Counted from the stretch's first letter, positions 1 through 12,339 are shown. The stretch is DNA of 51,419 bases from Macrostomum lignano (GCA_002269645.1 NIVC01004294.1:1-51419); one strand, 5' to 3'. A program made the numbers and translations. The notes: generated by a model from the sequence alone, not told the origin.

Positions 1-3000
1 TTGTGGACAAGTGAGAGTCTTGAATCATTTTTTTGCTGCCGTCATCGGCGCCACCAAAACTGTTTGGGGATTGGCGCCACAAACTGATGAAGGATTGGCG
101 CCACAAACTGATGGGGGATTGGCGCCACAAACTGATGAAGGATTGGCGCCACAAACTGTTTGGGGATTGGCGCCACAAACTGATGGGGGATTGGCGCCAC
201 AAACCGATGAAGGATTGGCGCCACAAACTGATGGGGGATTGGCGCCACAAACCGATGAAGGATTGGCGCCACAAATTGATGGGGGGCTGGCGCCACAAAC
301 TGATCGGGGATTGGCGCCACAAAGCTTCCATCCTGACGGCCATAATTGAGAATAATGATTATGAAGAATGCCGCCCACACAGAACAACGGATGCCGCCCC
401 ACAACAAAGGATGCCGCCCCCACAACAAAGCGATGCACACACAAGGATGCCGCCCACACACAACAAAGGATGCCGCCCACACAAAACAAAGGATGCCGCA
501 CACACAACAAAGGATGCCGCCACACACAACAAAGGATGCCGCCCACACACAACAAAGGATGCCCCACACACAACAAAGGATGCCGCCCACACACAACAAA
601 GGATGCCGCCACCACACAACAAAGGATGCCGCCACCACACAACAAAGGATGGCGCCACCACACAACAAAGGATGGCGCCCCACACAACAAAGGATGGCGC
701 CACCACACAACAAAGGATGGCGCCACCACACAACAAAGGATGGCGCCTCCGCAACTAAAGGGCCAGAGATCGGCGCCCCCAACGCTCGTCCCCGCCCACC
801 CCGCTAATCCAGGGTGAGCCCGTTCTCCTTTCAAAACCGCTACCGCAACGATCAAGTCCGAGACGGCGAGGCCGAAGGCAAGGTGTTCACGCGTGAAGGA
901 GTCGCTCTGGTACGTGCTCGGCGCCTACACGCAGGCTGGCGAGAGCTTCGATCCCCTCGATGTCCTGTCGAACCATCATCGTGGGATTCTGGCTGTTCGG
1001 CTACTTGATGATGTCACTTTACACCGCTAACTTGGCCGCCCAGCTCACTGTTGACAAGCTGGTGCAGCCGCCGCAGGGATTCGACGAGCTCACCACCCAG
1101 GCACGGTGAAGTACACCGTGATCAAGGATACGGCCGCCTACGAGCACTTCCAGCGGATGATGAACGCCGAGAAGAATCTGTACAGATATTGGCTCACCAG
1201 CGGCATCGGGAATGAGGAGACTGTCAACGAGGTGGGTTGATGGGGAATGGGGCTGCTGGGGGATTGAGGGAAAGATAGAGGGGAAGATGGGATAGAGGGG
1301 AAGATGGGATAGAGGGGAAGGTGGGATAGAGGGGAAGGTGGGATAGAGGGGAAGGTGGGATAGAGGGGAAGATGGATAAGATGGGACGGTGGGATAGATG
1401 GGAAGATGACATAAGAGGGGAAGATGGGATAGAGTGGAAGATGGGATAGAGTGGAAGATGGGATAGAGTGGAAGATGGGATAGAGTGGAAGATGGGATAG
1501 AGTGGAAGATGAGATAAGAGGGGAAGATGGGATGGAGGGGAAGACAGGATAGCTGGGAAGATGGGATAAGAGGGGAAGATGGGATAGAGGGGAAGGTGGG
1601 ATGGAGGGGAAGATGGGATAGAGGGGAAGGTGGGATAGAGGGAAGGTGGGATAGAGGGAAGGTGGGATAGAGGGAAGATGGGATAGAGGGGAAGGTGGGA
1701 TAGATGGGAAGATGGGATAAGAGGGGAAGATGGGATAGAGTGGAGATGGGATAGAGTGGAAGATGAGATAAGAGGGGAAGATGGGATGGAGGGGAAGACA
1801 GGATAGCTGGGAAGATGGGATAAGAGGGGAAGATGGGATAGAGTGGAAGACGGGATAAGAGGGGAAGATGGGATAAGAGGGGAAGATGAGATAAGATGGG
1901 AAGATATATGATAGAGGGGAAGATGGGTCGCGATGGGAAGATGGATAAGATGGGACGGTGGGATAGATGGGAAGATGACATAAGAGGGGAAGATGGGATG
2001 GAGGGGAAGACAGGATAGACGGGAAGATGGGTGGAGGGAAAATGGGATAAGACGGGAAGATGGGTGGAGGGAAAATGGGATAAGACGGGAAGATGAGATA
2101 AGATGGGAAGTTATATGATAGAGGGGAAGATGGGTCGATGGGAAGATGGGATAAGATGGGACGGTGGGATAGATGGGAAGATGACATAAGAGGGGAAGAT
2201 GGGATGGAGGGGAAGACAGGATAGACGGGAAGATGGGTGGAGGGAAAATGGGATAAGACGGGAAGATGGGTGGAGGGAAAATGGGATAAGACGGGAAGAT
2301 GGAGAATGGCAATTTAAGGTGTGAAGAGAAGAGTGTGACAGAAGCCATTCACAGAGGCAGTAACACCCAGTACGCATGCGACAAGCTCCGCAAATGCAAT
2401 GCCAGCTGGAATGACAACAATCAGGTGGCAGCCCTGGAGACCTGGAAGTACCCGGTTATCGAGCGCTACACGTCCGTGTGGTCCCGAATGACCCGCTGGG
2501 GCTTCGCCGACAGCACCGAGGACGCTTTGAAGAAGATTCGACAGGACGGCATGGCGGTCTTCCTGGACAGCGCGCTGGTGAAGTACTACTCGGCCCAGTC
2601 CTGCGACCTCATGACCGTCGGGGAGCCGTTCGCGCCGAGGCCCTACGGCGTAGCGTTGCGCCAGAAATCGCCGCTGTTGAAGGCGTTGAATATTGCGTGA
2701 GTGCAAGAATGTACACTCTGATATGTGCACTCCAATATGTACACTCCAATATGTACACTCCAATATGTACACTCCAATATGTACACTCCAATATGTACAC
2801 TCCAATATGTACCCTCCAATATGTACACTCCAATATGTACACTCCAATATGTACACTCCAATATGTACACTCCAATATGTACACTCCAATGTGTACACTC
2901 CAATATGTACACTCCAATATGTACACTCCAATATGTACACTCCAATATGTGCACTCCAATACGTGCACTCCAATATGTACACTCCAATATGTACACTCCA

Positions 3001-5802
3001 ATATGTACACTCCAATATGTGCACTCCAATATGTACACTCCAATATGTGCACTCCAATATGTACACTCCAATATGTACACTCCAATATGTACACTTAAAT
3101 TACATGTTAAAGTCACCTCACAACCACAGCAGCTCAACTGATGACATCCACACAGCCATGCAAAGTACAAAAACATTTTTTTTCGATTTTTCTTCCCAAT
3201 TATCTGCACCGCTGATGGGATAATTATCACCTCTGGGGATCAATCCCTCTGTCTTTAGTGTCAAATATCCTCAATAGATTTGCATTCCTTCTTCTAATTA
3301 TTCCCAGCTAAGGTCTCACCTTTCCAAATATCGCAAATCTATCCAGGTAAGCCCAGCTCAGGGCCGATAATCTTGAATACAAATTGCTTGTTGTTAATCC
3401 GGGAAAACGATCCCAAATCCCAATCTCAAATGACCTCGCGCAGAGTTCTCGTCTGAACGAGAACCGGGTGACGGACTCGCTCAAGCAGGCCTGGTGGTCG
3501 GCCAACAAAGTCACCTGTCCGACTAGCGACTCCTCGTCTGGTGAGCCAACTTTTCTTGCTTACTACTCAATTCCAATGGATAGTAGCGAGATAGGGGTAT
3601 TTTTCTATTTTGTATAATCTATGCAATATTTTTTAATTATTCATTACCAGCTGTTCTGACATCCACACTATTTCATCTGACATCATCACTATATCACCTG
3701 ACATCCTCACTGTCTCACCTGACATCCTTAATGTCTCACCTGACATCCTCAATGTCTCACCTGACATTCTCAATGTCTCACCTGACATTCTCGATGTCTC
3801 ACCTGACATCCTCAATGTCTCACCTGACATCCTCAATGTCTCACCTGACATCCTCAATGTCTCACCTGACATTCTCAATGTCTCATCTGACATCCTCAAT
3901 GTCTCACCTGGCATCCTCAATGTCTCACCTGACATCCTCAATGTCTCACCTGACATTCTCAATGTCTCACCTGACATCCTCAATGTCTCACCTGACATTC
4001 TCAATGTCTCACCTGACATTCTCGATGTCTCACCTGACATCCTCAATGTCTCACCTGACATCCTCAATGTCTCACCTGACATCCTCAATGTCTCACCTGA
4101 CATTCTCAATGTCTCATCTGACATCCTCAATGTCTCACCTGGCATCCTCAATGTCTCACCTGACATCCTCAATGTCTCACCTGACATTCTCAATGTCTCA
4201 CCTGACATCCTCAATGTCTCACCTGACATTCTCAATGTCTCACCTGACATCCTCAATCAATGTCTCACCTGACATCCTCAATGTCTCACCTGACATCCTC
4301 AATGTCTCACCTGACACCCTCAATGTCTCACCTGACATCCTCAATCAATGTCTCACCTGACATTCTCAATGTCTCACCTGACATCCTCAATCAATGTCTC
4401 ACCTGACATTCTCAATGTCTCACCTGACATCCTCAATGTCTCACCTGACATCCTCAATGTCTCACCTGACATCCTCAATCAATGTCTCACCTGACATCCT
4501 CAATGTCTCACCTGACATCCTCAATCAATGTCTCACCTGACATCCTCAATGTCTCACCTGACATCCTCAATGTCTCACCTGACATTCTCAATGTCTCACC
4601 TGTCTCACTTGCAAAAGCGGCAGTTTTGAACTCCCATCAAATTCTAACAAAAAACGTCTCAAATTATAATCAATTCGAAAATTTTTGCCAGGCCTCAGCC
4701 TGCAGACTCTCGGCGGCGCCTTCATCTTCTTCTGCATCGGAGTCGGCATCGCCATCATCGTCTTCATCGGCGAGAAAATCGTAGCCAAAATCTACGGCGT
4801 GGAATGGGCGAAGGATGTAAGTGAAGAGATGCCAGAACCCAGTGTGATGGGAGACGCTGAAACCCAGATCCAGATTCACATCCGGTGTGAGACCTCATAA
4901 CATCCGGTGTGGAACCCCACAACATCCGGTGTGGAACCCCACAACACCCGGTGTAGAACCCCACAACACCCGGTGTGGAACCCCACAACACCCGGTGTGG
5001 AACCCCACAACATCCGGTGTGGAACCCCACAACATCCGGTGTGGAACCCCACAACATCCGGTGTGGAACCCCACAACATCCAGTGTGGAACCCCACAACA
5101 TCCGGTGTGGAACCCCACAACATCCGGTGTGGAACCCCACAACATCCGGTGTGGAACCCCACAACATCCGGTGTGGAACCCCACAACATCCGGTGTGGAA
5201 CCCCACAACATCCGGTGTGGAACCCCACAACATCCGGTGTGGAACACCACAACATCCGGTGTGGAACCCCACAACATCCGGTGTGAAACCCCACAACATG
5301 CAGTGTGGAACCCCACAACATCCGGTGTGGAACCCCACAACATCCGGTGTGGAACCCCACACCATCCGGTGTGAGACCGCACAACATCCGGTGTGGAACC
5401 CCACAACATCCGGTGTGAAACTCCCTACCCCCCAACCCGCAGGAGACCAAGCAGACCAAGCAGAACACGCTGATGATGATGGTCGGCCCGTCCACCGCCA
5501 CCCTCCGAGCCTCGAATTCGTCCATCCGGCCGGCCACCGGCGGCCTGCCGCGGCCGGTCGTCGGGCACCACCGGTCCAGCGGCCGGGCGAGCAGTCGGGC
5601 GAGCGGCCGTCGCAGGAGCAGCGTCGGCCCGTCGGCCGCCTATCGGGTGAACGGCGATGACGATGGCGGCAAGTCGACCGCAGCAGCCGCCCCCACCAGC
5701 GCCGAGGACATCGAGCTGGGCAGCAAGCCGGATGCGTCCAACTCCGCTGCTGGTGGTGTCGACAACGTCGTCGAGAAAGGTGTCGACGTGCCACCAAAGT
5801 AA
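1..5802 (+). CDS. IR25a/IR8a-like ionotropic receptor (iGluR superfamily), 3' part (M1 to C-terminus), multi-exon, with about 4 frameshifts
   Basis: Exons, all GT-AG and phase-compatible: <1-10, 813-1231, 2371-2696, 3444-3540, 4692-4816, 5443-5802 (TAA). Spliced motifs: VDKVSPFSFQN; KESLWYVLGAYTQAG (pore loop); CRTIIVGFWLFGYLMMSLYTANLAAQLT (M3, SYTANLAAF-like); WKYPVIERYTSVW; CDLMTVGEPFAPRPYGVAL; RLNENRVTDSLKQAWW; LSLQTLGGAFIFFCIG (M4). Frame shifts are needed near 880, 945, 1105 and 3450. The start lies upstream of the window. Confidence 0.9.
62..325. repeat. 24-bp minisatellite (GGATTGGCGCCACAAACTGATGRR), intron of gene A
   Basis: About 11 tandem copies are directly visible. Confidence 0.95.
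367..745. repeat. 21-23-bp minisatellite (GGATGCCGCCCACACAACAAA), same intron of gene A
   Basis: Tandem copies; the core drifts to GGATGGCGCC at the 3' end. Confidence 0.95.
1262..2300. repeat. Purine-rich minisatellite (GGGAAGATGGGATAGAG-type) filling intron 1232-2370
   Basis: Almost entirely G/A, with degenerate 17-18-bp units and larger internal duplications. Confidence 0.95.
2709..3093. repeat. 14-bp minisatellite (ATATGTACACTCCA), intron of gene A
   Basis: About 27 copies, starting about 12 nt after the donor at 2697. Confidence 0.95.
3655..4605. repeat. 21-bp minisatellite (AATGTCTCACCTGACATYCTC), intron of gene A
   Basis: More than 40 copies, with a 231-bp higher-order duplication. 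Confidence 0.95.
4875..5420. repeat. 22-bp minisatellite (CCCCACAACATCCGGTGTGGAA), intron of gene A
   Basis: About 24 copies. Confidence 0.95.
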
Positions 5803-6214
5803 AGCGATCGGGTCGGATCGGGGTTAATGTTTTCTGAAATTCAAATTCACTGACAAAATGAATTATACTTTACAGACGCAATTGATATTACTGACAGTAG
5901 CACTCGGCACCATAAGCAAACGATTCACCGAAAAATATTATTTTCAATTTTTTTTCAACACAAAGTTGCAATGAGTAAGTAGTATAGCCTGTGTTTTTTA
6001 CTTTTTTGTATTTTTTCTTTGTTCGAGTCTTTTCAATCTATCGCATTATTTTATTTATATAGTAATAAATATTTCTGACACAATATGGTTGCTGTGCAAC
6101 TATTGACTGCGTTGGCTGGTCAAGGGTCACTCTATTAATGCTGCTGTGTATTTATGATCTACCCGGATGTGCATCCTGACATACAACCTGACCCCATCCT
6201 GACTCATGGCCCAC

Positions 6215-6765
6215 TGCTGACCCACTCCTGATCCGTGTCCTGACCTACTCCTGATCCGTGTCCTGACCTACTCCTGATCCGTGTCCTGACCCACTCCTGA
6301 TCCGTGTCCTGACCTACTCCTGATCCGTGTCCTGACCCACTCCTGATCCGTGTCCTGACCCACTCCTGATCCGTGTCCTGACCTACTCCTGATCCGTGTC
6401 CTGACCCACTCCTGATCCGTGTCCTGACCTACTCCTGATCCGTGTCCTGACCTACTCCTGATCCGTGTCCTGACCTACTCCTGATCCGTGTCCTGACCTA
6501 CTCCTGATCCGTGTCCTGACCACTCCTGATCCGTGTCCTGACCTACTCCTGATCCGTGTCCTGACCTACTCCTGATCCGTGTTCTGACCTACTCCTGATC
6601 CGTGTCCTGACCCGTGTCCTCACCCATGTCCTGACCCACTCCTGACCCGTGTCCTGACCTACTCCTGATCCGTGTCCTGACCCACTCCTGACCCACTCCT
6701 GACCCACTCCTGATCCGTGTCCTGACCCACTCCTGACCCATGTCCTGACCCACTCCTGACCCACA
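6215..6765. repeat. 23-bp minisatellite (CTCCTGATCCGTGTCCTGACCTA), intergenic
   Basis: Tandem copies that degenerate at the 3' end. Confidence 0.95.
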
Positions 6766-6992
6766 TTCTAACCGACATATAAAAAGGACTAATATAATAA
6801 AGCCCATATTTGTCTACTAGCCTCTTTAACCAGCCAACGCTACAAGCAGATATTTTTCTGCGCCATGCTTGACGAACCACGCCTGATAATTTATCCACTA
6901 CGACGAGCAAATGCCTTTAAATATTTTATTCACATTCAGGACACAGAGCGCCTTTGACTATTTATTAAAATCTGCCAGCAAATTCTTCACCT

Positions 6993-7838
6993 ATGACTAT
7001 GATAAGTACTTCCGGCGCCTCAGCCTAAGTAAAAAGGCTCTTACGCCACTAGAGATAATTTAGATTCCAGATTGGGAGTGTACTCATGTACACTAAAAGC
7101 CAATTAGACTATAGAGGACTGTACAGGGCAATAACATAAAATCCAAACCTCCCCGGGAGACAGTGACAGCGGTTCGACGAACCAGTCAGGAGCCCGTGCC
7201 CAAAAACCAGGCTAGAAGGCCCCTTAGCCTGTTAGGGATGGCCCGAAGGCCTAGAGCCGTGGCAACCATGCTGGTGCCGACCGCCCACCACCCCCGGGTA
7301 CATATCAAAAACCTCCCCGGGGCCAGAGGGGGTTGAGTGAACAATTCAGGGAAGCCCGTGCCTACTCCTGGGTTAGATAAGCCAATGCCGGTCATTTGAC
7401 CGCCCCCCACGGCCGTGGCAACCCGAAGGAGCCTCCCCCCCAACTAAACCCCGGGTACTCTTGCCAACAGACAGTCTCTTATCTTTGAAGCGGCAGGAGG
7501 GCTAATCGCCGGGACTGTTTCACCCTTTGCTTCGCCAACCCGCCATTTCTATTGTGACCGTGCCAACGGTCTCGTCCTGCTCAGACTCAGTCCTGGTTCT
7601 GGCACACTCCAGCTTTAATAGGGTCGCTGGCTGTACGCTCAGAGGGCGCCTGAGGGATACCGTCAGAGCACCTTGGTACAGGTATAGGCCTGCCTTCCTA
7701 TACAGCTACCCACAGCCCTTCCCGATCCACTATTACCCTCCAACCCAGCCTACTCACTCATTACAAGCTTTCAGCCAGGCAGAGACAAGTTTCACAGGAG
7801 TGACTGCGGTTAGGCGTCTCTATGCGAGACAAAACCAG
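6993..7838. mobile_element. Putative non-autonomous or truncated insertion flanked by an exact 16-bp direct repeat (candidate TSD)
   Basis: AGCAAATTCTTCACCT occurs at both 6977-6992 and 7839-7854. The interior is more GC-rich than the flanks. There is no TIR and no recognisable ORF. Confidence 0.5.
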
Positions 7839-8645
7839 AGCAAATTCTTCACCTCTGAAGCAGTTAGCATTGTGTAGCTTTTTAGATGCAAAAAGATTCA
7901 ACTTTACTTTTCTTAGAAAATTTTCGATTAATTTTCATTCACAACTTTCGAGGTACTGTTAGTAGACTCGTTTGAATACTTACGAATTTTTTTCTGTTTT
8001 CGCACAAAATATAAAATAACCAAAGCTGCAAAATGCGGCTAATTCCAAATTGAATTTTGCTTTCACCTAAAAAATATTTTTCAAAGTGCTGAAGTAACTT
8101 TCATAACAGTGGAACCAATTATAGAAAACAGTTGAAACCATTCCGTCTAATTATTTGAATTTAAAGCATTTCTATACCTCAATCTCAATTGACTTTCGAA
8201 CTTGATGAATCTGTCAGAGAGTTCAAAGTACTCACTCATTTTCACATTTTGAGCATAATTAAAACTTGAATTTTATTTGACTAACTTTTGAGCAATTGTT
8301 GACTTGACTCAATGCATCTCGAAATCAATTTTGAAGAGTCTACAAAACTCAGTTCTCAAGCGGTCTGTTTGCGGCTGTAATGCACACACAGTTGATTTCT
8401 ATTGTGTGAAAAAATTAACAGAGAATCACAACTCATCTGAGACAGACGAGTCTGATTGGAGATTGCTCAGACAGATCAATTCGATTGTTGAACTAGAGAT
8501 AATTATAGAATAAATAAAATGAGTTGTTTTCGCTCTTCTGGCTGCTGAGCTGTGTGATGGAGAGTCTGACTTCCGTGAGTTACTTCATTGGAGAATTGAT
8601 ATTGGAGAGTGAGCTCCACAGTGAGGGGGTGAGGGATCTGGACGT

Positions 8646-8814
<169 letters not shown>

Positions 8815-9419
8815 ATAAGTTTGAATAGAAATCGATGTAAAAATGGCAAGATTAATGAGAAATGGGCTTGAGAATTGATGCCTGACTGGAATTCATGTTA
8901 AGAGAAAGAGAAGCATCACGCCCCCCCCCACTCGAGAGCTCATTCCACTCCAATAGCAGGTTGGCTGTCAGCTGTAGACTGAATTTTAATAAAAAAATTT
9001 AAAAGACAATCGATTTCCATTCAAGTGTAAATTCTCACCTTTGTCAAGTAAATGCTGTTATACCCGTTTATATTATTTGTTATTCCTACAGATCCTTCCA
9101 ATCGAGTAAATGCTTGGTGACTAAAATTCGAATCCCTTTGACCCAAGTGACTGGGGAATAAATAAAATTCACAGACAGGTGACTAAATTAATTGCTCCAG
9201 ATGAGTAGAGGACTAATTAATGGCATCGACTTGTCACTGCGCTGTCACGATCTTTTCCTTTAGCTTCGTGTTTATAGTTTTTTTTGGCTTCTAAAAGCGG
9301 AAATTAGGCAGTAGACAACGGCTCGGGTGGAATGAATGAGTCCGTTGGGAAGAGCAGCAGGGCTGAGACATCTCGACTATAGAGTTAGATAAGATTCGAA
9401 GGCACCGTTTCCATAACAG

Positions 9420-9731
9420 ATGTGCCGCTTCGGTGTGTGTGCGTCTGCGCCCCAGCATGAGCAAGGAGATCATCGACAAGAACCTAAAATGGATACTCCA
9501 TGGTTCTGCTTCGCCTTGGCCAGAGTTTGTGGGGGGAGGGCGGGGGTCAACTTCCGGAGCTGGCCGGGGTTACGCTGTCGCTGGGATCGCAGGCAGCCAA
9601 AACTCCCCAAATTTTGTCTGCCTGCCAGTCCCCTCAGGGGGGTGGGGGCATTGGCACCCAAAAAGCGGCTCCCTGGTTTCAAATTTCATCCGCTCCGTCA
9701 AAAATAATAATATCACAGATAGCGTGAGGAT
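9420..9731 (+). other. Candidate orphan coding exon (104 codons, product unknown)
   Basis: Acceptor CATAACAG| and donor |GTAAGC flank 312 bp with one open frame (CAASVCVRLRPSMSKEIIDKNLKWILHGSASPWPEF...FVCLP...). No family is recognised. Confidence 0.25.
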
Positions 9732-10114
9732 GTAAGCGCCGGGCGCAGGAAATCTAGCGACAGAACGGCGAGTATGGCCTGTGAAACAAAGACTTGAGAA
9801 GAGCAGATTCCCCGGAGATTGCGATTGAGAAGGAATAAAGAGTCTGGCTGACTGATAAGCAACAGCAAGCTGGGAGTCATACTCTCCATCCATCTCTGCC
9901 GGGGGCTGGTCATGTCTTTGATTTTCCTGCCGCCTTCGATCTGCGCGGGGGTTCCGCTCCGGATGAGTCCGGATGCAGTGTGTCATTAACTAATCCATCG
10001 CTTAATAGGTCTTTTGCTCGCTTGTAGTATGGAAGCAGACAGGTGGTCTTTGTTCTTCAGATGGATAGCATTTGCTTTCTTCTTGTCTCCTTCTAACTGT
10101 CGTGGGGCAGCTCT

Positions 10115-10715
10115 CTACTCTTCTGGCGCATCTCTCTAAATTTGGCACCTCTCTCTCTACAGCCTTAGCGTCTTTCTTTTCGGTTTTGGCGCTTCTCTCT
10201 CTTTCTCTCTCTACAGTTTTGGCGCCTTTTTCTCTACCGCTTTGGCGCCTCTCTCTACAGTTTTGGCGCCTCTCTCTACAGTTTTGGTGCTTCTCTCTAC
10301 AGTTTTGGCGCCTCTCTCTCTACAGCCTTAGCGTCTTTCTTTTCAGTTTTGGCGCTTCTCTCTCTTTCTCTCTCTACAGTTTTGGCGCCTTATTCTCTAC
10401 TGCTTTGGGGCCTCTCTACAGTTTTGGCGCCTTTCTCTCTACAGTTTTGGCGCTTCTCTCTCTACAGTTTTGGCGCCTTTCTCTCTACAGTTTTGGCGCC
10501 TTTCTCTCTACAGTTTTGGCGCTTCTCTCTACAGTTTTGGCGCCTCTCTCTCTACAGTTTTGGCGCCTTTCTCTCTACAGTTTTGGCGCCTTTCTCTCTA
10601 CAGTTTTGGCGCTTCTCTCTACAGTTTTGGCGCCTCTCTCTCTACAGTTTTGGCGCCTTTCTCTCTACAGTTTTGGCGCCTCTCCCTACAGTTTGGCGCC
10701 TTTCTCTCTACAGTT
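10115..10715. repeat. 22-26-bp minisatellite (TCTCTCTACAGTTTTGGCGCCT)
   Basis: About 20 copies. Confidence 0.95.
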
Positions 10716-11477
10716 TCCTTTTTCTACTTTTATTGCAGAGAATTATTTACCTGATCAGTGCGACTTTCACATCGATTTGAATCATTTGGCCTGTCTAAAC
10801 AGGCTTGGTCAATCATAGCGGTGTAACGCTGAACAGTTTGACAGTCAGGGCCTCGGGCGGATTTTTCCAACAACGCCGAGAGCCACAGCCGAGTCTCCTC
10901 AACCCCTGGAGCAAAACTATCATCAGGTGTTAATTATAGAACAGACCAACCGTGGAACTGAGTGCTACTAAGTATATAAGTGAACTGGGTCTCCGCAATG
11001 TTTACTAAATAGAAATCCAATTCTCCAGTTTATCTGGGAGCTGCATTGCAGATCTTTTAGCCTTGAGAAGAGATGGCGATCAGAACTTAGGTGAGAGTGA
11101 TTGTGCAAGGCTGAGATTGCAACGCTTCGATAGGCCCTGTTGAATATGAATAATTGAAGTGTGAATAATTGATCTGATAAGGCAATATCAGTGGACACGG
11201 TCGTATTGATTAGACTCTTATCTGTTATCTGTGTCCCCTGTGTGTGTGATTGTTATGATCTCGGAGGCAAATATTGACTCACTTGGGCAGACTCAATTAT
11301 TCTGAGTAAGCCCCCCCCCCCTGCAAACCAGTGTACAGGCGATAGACAAGAGACCATTTAAAAAAACAGAGACCTAGCACTCATATTTTAGAGCAGCAAT
11401 TATACCTGTTTAATTATTTTGAATATGGCGTTTTTTGCTACTGACTTAAATTAGGGTCAGGTGTTGCGGGCGCCTGA

Positions 11478-11925
11478 AGGTCTGAGGGAAGTATTAGAGG
11501 CCCCCTGAAGGAGGTCTGAGGGAGGTATTAGAGGCTCACTGAAGGTCTGAGGGAGGTATTAGAGGCCCCCTGAAGGAGGTCTGAGGGAGGTATTAGAGGC
11601 TCACTGAAGGAGGTCTGAGGGAGGTATTAGAGGCTCACTGAAGGAGACCTGAGGGAGGTATTAGAGGCTCACTGAAAGAGATCTGAGGGAGGTACTAGAG
11701 GCTCACTGAAGGAGATCTGAGGGAGGTATTAGAGGCTCACTGAAGGAGACCTGAGGGAGGTATTAGAGGCTCACTGAAGGAGACCTGAGGGAGGTATTAG
11801 AGGCAGGCTCACTGAAGGAGCCCTGAAAGAGGTATTAGGCTCACTGAAGGAGCCCTGAAGGAGGTATTAGAGACTCACTGAAGGAGATCTGAGGGAGGTA
11901 TTAGAGGCCCCCTGAAGGAGACCTT
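11478..11925. repeat. About 32-34-bp minisatellite (GAGGGAGGTATTAGAGGCTCACTGAAGGAGATCT)
   Basis: About 13 degenerate copies. Confidence 0.9.
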
Positions 11926-12339
11926 TTAGAGACCACATCTGCTTGAAGTTCTGCTTGTCCGAAATTTTTTTGGCGTCCGTCCAAGAGCACAGCAGATCAG
12001 TGGGGAAATTGTGTTTACCGGTTCTTTACAGAGACAAAGATATCCCGAATGCAGCTTGTAAAACAAGATAAGGCCGCCGTTAGGCCAAGGCATGGGAACA
12101 GAATTTCAGACATTTATCAATGAGCCGCTTCATTCTTATCGGCGGGGTCTGGGTGGCTACTAGTACTACGTCAGAACAAGGAGCCTGCTTATTAAACAGT
12201 GTACAGGCTATAGGATATCCTTGAGTTGACTTCCTGAATTACTTTATTTTTTGTTTTGATCACAAGAGACAGCTGATATGCGTGGGTGGCCGCAGTTGCA
12301 TTCTAAAGGTTACTGTACCATTATCTATGGATGTTCTAT

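Noticed and set aside
7168-7185. GGTTCGA resembling a tRNA T-loop or Pol III box B
   Set aside because: The consensus is incomplete, and there is no box A at the proper spacing and no cloverleaf.
7169-7300. HDV-like ribozyme (P1 with G-U wobble followed by GGCAAC)
   Set aside because: No valid P3/L3 with CC for P1.1 could be placed before the P1 3' strand in either monomer. No hammerhead CUGANGA...GAAA core was found either.
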